Shown piece by piece: positions 25,692-32,798 of a stretch of 64,000 bases of DNA. The notes under the pieces were generated by a model that saw nothing but the letters and a program-made list of their open reading frames with translations, did not search any database and was not told the origin of the DNA. Position 1 is the first letter of the stretch. Every line of letters begins with the position of its first letter. A program made the translations under genes and the position numbers. Location: assembly GCA_945865235.1 (NCBI GenBank), contig CAMBDJ010000005.1, positions 13,864 through 77,863 of the forward strand. The letters run 5' to 3'. The stretch is from an uncultured Bacteroidales bacterium. Its GTDB lineage: Bacteria > Bacteroidota > Bacteroidia > Bacteroidales > Muribaculaceae.

Positions 25692-28601
25692 TTACTCGGC
25701 TTGTTGTGATTGTGAGCGGAAGGCCAGCGGCGTCATGCCCGTGGCTTTGCGGAAAATGGTGCTGAAGTAGTTCGGGTCGTCCATGCCACAGCGGTAGGCG
25801 ATTTCGGAGACTGTAAGATCGGTGTCATGCAGCAGGCTTTTGGCTTGGCTTATTCTGAGCTGCAGGATATAGTCCTTTGTCGTCAGGCCTGTAATGGCTT
25901 TAAGTTTGCGGTTAAGCTGGGCACGGCCTACTGACAGTTCTGATGCAATCTGATCGTAATCCAGTTTCCCTTTTTCCATATATTTATGTACGATGGCCAC
26001 AAACTTGTCGACGAATGCCTTGTCGCGCTGTTCGCGTTCGGTGAGAGGAGTTTCGTCTAAAACTTCTTCGGTCTCGGTGGTTACGGGCAAGTCCTGACCG
26101 GCGGTCTTAGCCAAAACTGAGGCAAATTTCCGTCGCATCATGGCGCGTTGTGCCATAAGTTTTTCGGCGCGGATGTTGAGTTCGTCGGCATGGAATGGCT
26201 TTTCCAAGTATGCGTCGGCACCGGCTTCAAGTCCTTTCATGCGGTCATCGTGTGTGGCACGGGCGGTGACCATTATCACAGGCACGTGGTCGACAATGGT
26301 AGACTTCCGGATTTGCTCTGTCAATTCAAAGCCGTCCATTTCGGGCATCATCACGTCGGTAATGATGAGGTCGGGCACTAATTCCTCGGCCTTTGCCAGC
26401 GCCTCCTTACCGTTAGCGGCAAAATAGTAGCTAAACGTCGGATTCATCTGCGCAGCGATGTATCTGGCCACATCGGGAGTGTCTTCCACTATCAGCACAC
26501 GTGTTACATCAGCTTCGCTGTCGCTTTCATCTTCAGCACTGGAGGGAGTGCCTTTGGCTGCGAGTTCCGGCTGTTCCGGGGTATAATTTTCCATCTTGAA
26601 TGGTTCCTCTACCGGCACGGAGGCTTTCAGGGGGATTGTGACGGTGAATTTAGCGCCGTGCCCTGTCTCACTGTCAACGCTTATCGATCCGCCCATTGCT
26701 TTGGACGAAAGGTCGGCCAGAGGCAGACCAAGGCCGGAACCGGCATTATAGTTGCCGTTATTGGCTTGGTAAAACGGCTTGAATATTTCCTTCTGCTGCT
26801 CCTTGCTCAGACCCACGCCTTCATCATGTACCGTGAGCACCAGATTATCGCCTTTTGCCGTGGCATTAACATGCACCGAACCGCCAGGTTTCGAGAACTT
26901 CACGGCGTTAGAGACCAGATTGAGTATAATTCGTTCAATATACTCGGGTACGAAGTCCATTGGTATCTCCGTTGGCTCAGCACTATACTCAACCGACACA
27001 TTGCGTTCGGCTCCATACATACGGCAGTTTTCGCATAGCATGGTAAGGTAGCCCGATATATCGCCATGTTTGTAAGGCAGAGTATGGGCGCCGCTCGAAA
27101 GTTTGGCAATGTCAAGAAGTTGGTTCACGAGTCGTAGCAGATTGCCTTCGTTGCGACGGATGGCATGGAGGTCATCGGTTATGATGTCGGCCTCGCCGAT
27201 GTGCTTAAGGGCGTGGTCAGATGCTCCGCGTATAACGGTGAGCGGAGTGCGGAATTCGTGGGTGATGTTGTTGAAGAAATTTGTGCGCTCTCTGTCCTGC
27301 CGGCTCAGTATGTCATTGCGCAGACGGCGCATTCGGTTCAATCTGATAAGCAACAGTATTGCGCATGCTGCCAAAAGAAGTATGATTGAGGCACTCCAGA
27401 TCACCGTGCGAAGCTGACGCTTTTCGTATTCAAGGTTCCGGTGTAACTGTTGCTGTTGCTCCTGAAGTTTTTCATTTTCATATTTGGCAGCGAATTCGCT
27501 GGTCGTCTCGCGGATTTCGCGCTGGTAAAGCGAATCCTTGAGCACGCTGAGGCGTTCGAGGTGAGCCATCGCCTCGCGCGGATTGGACTGCTTCAGTGCT
27601 TCATACAGTCCCTGGCGACTCTTGCTCTCGTTGAAGAAATCGCCGCTTTGGCTGAAGAACGATAGCGCCTTGTTGAAATATTCGGCAGCTTTAGCCGGCT
27701 GATTGTCGGTCAGGGCGATGGAGCCAAGCTGATTGCAGGCAATGGAATATGACTGCTTGTTTCCCGCTTTCTCAAGCATTGGCAGGGCCTTGAGCAGGTT
27801 CTCGCGGGCTTCAGCCGTTTTGCCGGCACCCATCTGAGCGGTGGCCAACTGGCAAAGACGTATTGCAGCGCGGTCTTGGCGACCACAGGCCATTTCTATT
27901 TGGTAGGCTTTTGTGGCATATTCTATCGCCTTGGCATTGTCTTTTAGATCCTGAAACACCTCAGAGGCGATGCCCATCTGAACAGCCATTCGCAACGAGT
28001 CGCCGACAGCGGAACTGTTTTTGATAGCTTCCAATATATATGTACGCGCATCGGCCGGGCGATCAGACGACAGATACATGAACGCCAGATTGCTCAAGTC
28101 GATGCTTATAGTGCTCTTGTCTCCGGTTTTGCGGTCTATCTCGAGCACTTCTTCGCCATATTTGATGGCGTTGGCATAGTCGGCAGTTCGGGCACATGCG
28201 GCCGAGAGGGTGCTCAGGCAGTCAATGAGCTTGTCGCCACTCAAGAGCGGGAGAGCCCTGTTGCCAAACTTGATGGCGTCTTTGTATTGCTGAGTGCTGA
28301 AGCAGTAGCTCGAGGCTTTCAACCAGAACTCGGCACGCACCGAGTCTGCCGGCCACCCGGCTGGCATCTTGTAAGGTTCGTCGAAAAACTCCTCGCCGTT
28401 GAGTATATCATAGAAACGGTTTGCAAGTTCCTTTTGCCGACTGTCGTTGGCATTATCAAACTCGGATAGGATTTGAGGCACGTTCATCTTGCCGACCGGT
28501 TCAGCCGATAAGCCGAGGCCGGAAAACAGCATTGCGAAAGCAACCGAAAGAATGGATCTTTGGCAAATACGGAGAGGATTCAATCTGAAAATTATGGCCA
28601 T
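25692..28601 (-). CDS. Hybrid two-component sensor/regulator with periplasmic TPR input (HisKA, HATPase, REC, AraC HTH)
   Basis: TPR-like helices; TM segment VIWSASIILLLAA; H-box ITHEFRTPLT; GSGLGL; REC LIVED...ITDVMMPEMDG...KPF; AraC end AYRCGMDDPNYFSTIFRKATG. Confidence 0.92.
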   Translation of the reverse strand: MAIIFRLNPLRICQRSILSVAFAMLFSGLGLSAEPVGKMNVPQILSEFDNANDSRQKELANRFYDILNGEEFFDEPYKMPAGWPADSVRAEFWLKASSYCFSTQQYKDAIKFGNRALPLLSGDKLIDCLSTLSAACARTADYANAIKYGEEVLEIDRKTGDKSTISIDLSNLAFMYLSSDRPADARTYILEAIKNSSAVGDSLRMAVQMGIASEVFQDLKDNAKAIEYATKAYQIEMACGRQDRAAIRLCQLATAQMGAGKTAEARENLLKALPMLEKAGNKQSYSIACNQLGSIALTDNQPAKAAEYFNKALSFFSQSGDFFNESKSRQGLYEALKQSNPREAMAHLERLSVLKDSLYQREIRETTSEFAAKYENEKLQEQQQQLHRNLEYEKRQLRTVIWSASIILLLAACAILLLIRLNRMRRLRNDILSRQDRERTNFFNNITHEFRTPLTVIRGASDHALKHIGEADIITDDLHAIRRNEGNLLRLVNQLLDIAKLSSGAHTLPYKHGDISGYLTMLCENCRMYGAERNVSVEYSAEPTEIPMDFVPEYIERIILNLVSNAVKFSKPGGSVHVNATAKGDNLVLTVHDEGVGLSKEQQKEIFKPFYQANNGNYNAGSGLGLPLADLSSKAMGGSISVDSETGHGAKFTVTIPLKASVPVEEPFKMENYTPEQPELAAKGTPSSAEDESDSEADVTRVLIVEDTPDVARYIAAQMNPTFSYYFAANGKEALAKAEELVPDLIITDVMMPEMDGFELTEQIRKSTIVDHVPVIMVTARATHDDRMKGLEAGADAYLEKPFHADELNIRAEKLMAQRAMMRRKFASVLAKTAGQDLPVTTETEEVLDETPLTEREQRDKAFVDKFVAIVHKYMEKGKLDYDQIASELSVGRAQLNRKLKAITGLTTKDYILQLRISQAKSLLHDTDLTVSEIAYRCGMDDPNYFSTIFRKATGMTPLAFRSQSQQAE

Positions 28602-28760
28602 TTGTATTTAATTATATTGGATGTGTAAAATTACGCATTAAAATTTGAATATCAACATAAAACGGTTAAAAATTAGGGCATTAACGGTTGATTGTTCCTG
28701 TTTTCGAGTATTTTATTCAGGCGTGTTCCTCGTTTCATTGTCATATACGACATATCTGGT

Positions 28761-28768
28761 TAACTTTG
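28761..28768 (+). promoter_or_regulatory. -7 promoter element TAACTTTG for the 238-aa barrel gene
   Basis: Exact TAnnTTTG match about 105 nt upstream of the ATG. Confidence 0.55.
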
Positions 28769-28873
28769 CATTGTTGATAGCGTCTCATGTTCTCACCGTG
28801 ATGACACTTTCGGCATCTACACGCATAAATCTGATACCATAGCAGAAAAATTAATTATTAAAAAAGCCAATCC

Positions 28874-29590
28874 ATGATGAAAAAATTCACTGTAATCTTT
28901 GCCGTGGCAGCCATTGCTCTGACGGCATCGGCCAAGCAGCCGGTATTCAATCACCTTGGCGCCGGTGTGAGCGTCGGCACCAACGGTATCTCCATTGAAG
29001 TGGCCACGCCCATTACTGACTGGGTGCAGATGCGCGCCGGCGCATCTTTCATGCCCGGTATCACTTTCAACTCCGATGCCGAGGTCAGCTATACGGCAGC
29101 CGGCATGCATCGCACAAGTTCGGTCGACCTCAAGGGTGACCTTGTCCGCACACAGGGTCAGGTGATCTTCAACGTCTATCCCATGACGACTCGCATCCCT
29201 CTGTATGTAGCAGTCGGCGCGTACTTTGGCGGCCGCGACCTGGTGAAAATCACCGGCCACAGCGACGAACTCGAGCAGGTCGGCGGCGGTGACGTTGTTA
29301 TCGGCGACTACACCATCCCGGTCGACAGCCACGGTAATGTCGACGGCGGTTTGCGAGTCAAGTCGTTCCGTCCCTACGTGGGTCTCGGCTGGGGCAAAGC
29401 CATCCCCGGCAAGTTGCTCAATTTCAGTATGGATCTCGGTGTGCAGATTCACGGTACTCCCGAACTCTATTCCAAGTACGGCACCATCAACACCGCCGAT
29501 ATTGACGACGACAACACCTTCAACAAGATCCGCGACAAACTCAAAGTATACCCCACACTCACATTCCGCCTCGGCTTCCGCGCCTTCTGA
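28874..29590 (+). CDS. Small outer-membrane beta-barrel protein
   Basis: Signal peptide; LGAGVSVGTNGISIEVAT, PYVGLGWG and a C-terminal YPTLTFRLGFRAF barrel signature. Confidence 0.8.
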   Translation: MMKKFTVIFAVAAIALTASAKQPVFNHLGAGVSVGTNGISIEVATPITDWVQMRAGASFMPGITFNSDAEVSYTAAGMHRTSSVDLKGDLVRTQGQVIFNVYPMTTRIPLYVAVGAYFGGRDLVKITGHSDELEQVGGGDVVIGDYTIPVDSHGNVDGGLRVKSFRPYVGLGWGKAIPGKLLNFSMDLGVQIHGTPELYSKYGTINTADIDDDNTFNKIRDKLKVYPTLTFRLGFRAF

Positions 29591-29606
29591 CGGCGCAATC
29601 AGAGAG

Positions 29607-30146
29607 AACATTGACATTTTTGAAATTCGATTTGTCGAAGAGGTCTCGCAAACTGGTCTTGTCCGTCAGCGAGATTCCGAGAATCTGAAGGACTTCGTAG
29701 ATGCTTCGTCCCAGTCTCATATCGTGCCGCACTATTGCCACAAGGCAATAAGTAATTATGGCACAATAGATTTGGATGCGGACTGCATTCTCCGAAGTTC
29801 TCCAGAACTTCTTGATGCGCAGGTGCTGTTTGATCCATTTGAAGAACAGTTCCACGCTCCAGCGGTTGCGGTACAGCTCGGTGATTGTCTCGGCAGACGC
29901 AGTCAGATTGTTTGTCAGAAAGATGTATTTAAATACTTGTCTCCATCATATTTATCTACGATGTGACGAAACTTGTCATTGTCAAGAAACTTGACTAATC
30001 GGGCAAAAACGTACTTGTCTTTTAACATAACAGCCTGATTCAGACTGCAAAGTTAATTTCAAATCGTCGCACCTTAAAATCCCTTGCAACAAGTTGAATT
30101 TCAATAATTTCAAAGAAATCTTATGATTTTTTAGTGGACACTAATG
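29607..30146 (-). mobile_element. Internally deleted IS4-family element (DUF4372 N-terminus joined to DDE C-terminus)
   Basis: The ATG at 30028 gives MLKDKYVFARLVKFLDNDKFRHIVDKYDGDKY, joined at about 29930 to IFLTNNL...YRNRWSVELFFKWIKQHLRIKKFW. An IS-end-like CATTAGTGTCCACTA ends at 30146; the other end was not found. Confidence 0.85.
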
Positions 30147-30154
30147 TGCTGAGT

Positions 30155-30451
30155 TTATTTGATTACATACCAGTTGCCTCGATAACCGAATCGGCTTTTG
30201 CCCTGAATGCAGATCCACGTATTATTGAAATCGATATACCGCTTGCCATGATGAAGATATACCGAGAATGATCCTTTTGGGTGTCCTTCCTGTGTATATA
30301 CGGAGACGGACGAACTTGTTCGGGTGTATGTCCCATCATTTGGCGCCGCAGCCATGCAAGTGTTCCCGGTAAGTCCGCTGGATGTGGCCACTATGTCAGC
30401 AGCTGTGAATGCTGTTACGAAGGCAATGGCGAGAAAGATTTTCTTAATCAT
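30155..30451 (-). CDS. Small secreted protein, tandem paralog A
   Basis: 98 aa. Leader MIKKIFLAIAFVTAFTAADIVATSSGLTGNTCMAA, then a basic/aromatic beta-rich ~60 aa region. Confidence 0.75.
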   Translation of the reverse strand: MIKKIFLAIAFVTAFTAADIVATSSGLTGNTCMAAAPNDGTYTRTSSSVSVYTQEGHPKGSFSVYLHHGKRYIDFNNTWICIQGKSRFGYRGNWYVIK

Positions 30452-30460
30452 TGTAGTATG

Positions 30461-30486
30461 CCCTTAATTCGTGTCGGGCGCAACTT
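30461..30486 (-). repeat. Conserved upstream motif, copy 1
   Basis: Plus strand CCCTTAATTCGTGTCGGGCGCAACTT, about 10 nt before the ATG of paralog A. Confidence 0.75.
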
Positions 30487-30496
30487 CGTCTCTAAT

Positions 30497-30793
30497 TTAG
30501 TATATGTAATCAATGTTGTTGATAGTCATGCGTCGTGCAAGTCGGTAATAAGGCCCACTCTTTGATGTGGCGACATAATCCACTCCACCTTTGTTGAAGA
30601 GGTAGAAACGTTCCTGCCGTCCCGATGCTACTCTTGTCAGAGTAATCGTACCTTTGTAGATATAACCATCCGAATTACGGTCGTATGTTGCTGCTGCGCA
30701 GGTGTTGCCGGTAAATCCGGCAGAAGTTGCTACCATATCAGAAGCGGCCATCGAAGCCATGACAGCAATTACGAGAAAGAATTTCTTAATCAT
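30497..30793 (-). CDS. Small secreted protein, tandem paralog B
   Basis: 98 aa. Leader MIKKFFLVIAVMASMAASDMVATSAGFTGNTCAAA is similar to paralog A; the C-terminal region is divergent. Confidence 0.75.
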   Translation of the reverse strand: MIKKFFLVIAVMASMAASDMVATSAGFTGNTCAAATYDRNSDGYIYKGTITLTRVASGRQERFYLFNKGGVDYVATSKSGPYYRLARRMTINNIDYIY

Positions 30794-30802
30794 TTTTCTA
30801 TA

Positions 30803-30827
30803 CCCTTATCCGTGTCGGGCACAACTT
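30803..30827 (-). repeat. Conserved upstream motif, copy 2
   Basis: Plus strand CCCTTATCCGTGTCGGGCACAACTT, about 10 nt before the ATG of paralog B. Confidence 0.75.
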
Positions 30828-31146
30828 TTAGTTCCCGATAATAATGAAGAACAACCTGATAATTGACGGCAATACTTCGTGCCCGATATATCACGACAGA
30901 TTTAGCTTAAAACAAAAACGGGCGAAAACGGATTGTGACAATCACGTCATTTGCCGATGCAGTGCGTAGAACACGATGTCACTCAGCGGATTGCATATCT
31001 TCGGGTATAATAGTCCGAAATCGCTCCGTTATTACCTTCTATAATTCGCTAATAAGACCTTCTCAGGCCTGTGTTTTTGTACCCGCGAAGTTAGTGATTT
31101 TCAGGGCTACATTCTAATTTGATTTGGTCATCTCAAAGATTATTTA

Positions 31147-31181
31147 TAACTTTGTCACCGTGGTAATAATCACCATGGTAA
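31147..31181 (+). promoter_or_regulatory. -7 element followed by two operator-like direct repeats
   Basis: TAACTTTG (31147-31154), then TCACCGTGGTAA (31155-31166) and TCACCATGGTAA (31170-31181), each near-palindromic. Confidence 0.6.
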
Positions 31182-31188
31182 CAAAGAT

Positions 31189-32520
31189 ATGAAGTTCTAT
31201 AATCGCACTAAGGAAACAGAGGAATTAAAGCGGATACAAGGGCGAGCCTTTGAATCCCGGTCGAGAATGACAGTGATAACCGGTCGGCGTCGCATCGGCA
31301 AGACATCGCTCGCCCTGCGTGCCACGCAAGTGGAGTATCCTACAGTTTATCTTTTTGTCAGTCGTAAAAACGAGGCTGCGTTGTGCGAAGAGTTCGCCGG
31401 GCTTATCTCAAACGCTCTCAACTGCTATGTGCCATCGGAGATAAAGACTTTCAAATCTCTGTTCCGGATGATGATGGAACTTGCGAAGACCCGCAAGTTT
31501 AATCTGATTATTGATGAATTTCAGGAATTCTTCAATGTCAATCCCTCGGTATTCAGCGACATGCAGAATATCTGGGATACTTACCGCAACGATACGCATG
31601 TGAATCTTCTGCTTATGGGTTCGGCCTACTCGATGATGCACAAGATTTTTGAAAGTTACCATGAGCCGTTGTTTGGCAGGGCGGATGCTACCATACGTCT
31701 GTCAGGTTTCGGAACGGAGACAATGAAGGAGATTATGCGGGATTTTCGTCCGGACTACACCAATGATGAGCTGCTCGCTTTTTACTGCATTACCGGAGGT
31801 GTACCGAAGTATATAGAACTTTTGTGTGAAGATACCGATTTGTCGATTGATGGGATGTTCGAATATGTAGTCAGGGAGAACTCTCCGTTTATAGATGAAG
31901 GGCGTAATCTGCTGATTGAGGAATTCGGCAAGGATTACGGGTTATATTTCTCAGTGCTCAGCTGTATCGCATCAGGGACGAACACTCAGGGCGCGATTGA
32001 AAACGCATTGGGAGGTGTGACTGTGGCGGGTCATCTAAAACGATTGATTGAGGATTATTCGCTTATCAAGCGTGTCCGTCCTATTATGTCGAAACCACGT
32101 TCGCAGAATGTGCAATATGAGATAACTGACAATTTCCTGAAATTCTGGTTCAACTATTTCGACCGCAACCAGACACTGGTTGAAATGGGCAATTATGGCC
32201 GCCTTCGTGAGATTGTTGTGTCAGATTATCCGACATATTCCGGTCATATCCTTGAAAAATACTTCCGGCTCAAAATGATGGAAAGCCATGAGTATATGAA
32301 CATCGGCTCGTGGTGGGAGCGCAAAAAAGGTAAGGAAGCCCACGAAATAGATATAGTCGGCATCAAGGTCGATGACAGGACTGCTGTTGTCGCCGAAGTT
32401 AAACGCCAGCAACGTAACTACGACCATAAGTTATTCATGGAGAAAGTAGAGTGCATAAAATCTTGCCTTCTTATGAAATATGACGTAGAAACAAAGCTAT
32501 TGACTTTAGAAGATATGTGA
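31189..32520 (+). CDS. Archaeal-type AAA/STAND-like ATPase with C-terminal DUF234/PD-(D/E)xK nuclease-like domain
   Basis: Walker A ITGRRRIGKT; Walker B LIIDEFQ; GGVPKY; C-terminal GSWW...HEIDIV...VAEVK. Confidence 0.85.
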   Translation: MKFYNRTKETEELKRIQGRAFESRSRMTVITGRRRIGKTSLALRATQVEYPTVYLFVSRKNEAALCEEFAGLISNALNCYVPSEIKTFKSLFRMMMELAKTRKFNLIIDEFQEFFNVNPSVFSDMQNIWDTYRNDTHVNLLLMGSAYSMMHKIFESYHEPLFGRADATIRLSGFGTETMKEIMRDFRPDYTNDELLAFYCITGGVPKYIELLCEDTDLSIDGMFEYVVRENSPFIDEGRNLLIEEFGKDYGLYFSVLSCIASGTNTQGAIENALGGVTVAGHLKRLIEDYSLIKRVRPIMSKPRSQNVQYEITDNFLKFWFNYFDRNQTLVEMGNYGRLREIVVSDYPTYSGHILEKYFRLKMMESHEYMNIGSWWERKKGKEAHEIDIVGIKVDDRTAVVAEVKRQQRNYDHKLFMEKVECIKSCLLMKYDVETKLLTLEDM

Positions 32521-32571
32521 TTACACCGGATTTAAGCTGATTCGTTTGAAAAAATGTAACAAAGGTTGATC

Positions 32572-32684
32572 TATGCGGTCATCCAGCGTTTCGACTCATT
32601 GCGCATGATTACGGCATAGAGCATTGTGAGCAAGTGTGTGTACCCGTCAAAGCTCTTTACATACCTCTCACCACCATGTTTGCG
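32572..32684. pseudogene. Two short IS4-family (DUF4372) transposase relics joined tail-to-tail
   Basis: Minus strand 32684-32601 reads RKHGGERYVKSFDGYTHLLTMLYAVIMR; plus strand 32572-32604 reads YAVIQRFDSLR. Confidence 0.7.
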
Positions 32685-32798
32685 GCTATCCGTGATGTAG
32701 TTCTGTGCGCCAATTGTTTGGCAAGTGGCTAAAGTTCCGTGTCGCTTTGGTCTAAACGGTTCATTGACATGAAGACGAAGTCATTTCATTGCGGAGTT

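Noticed and set aside
29559-29855. ORF as a functional transposase
   Set aside because: Only the C-terminal fragment remains; the catalytic core is deleted.
30461-30827. Possible CRISPR or integron array
   Set aside because: Only two repeat copies, separated by a whole gene; no cas or integrase gene in the window.
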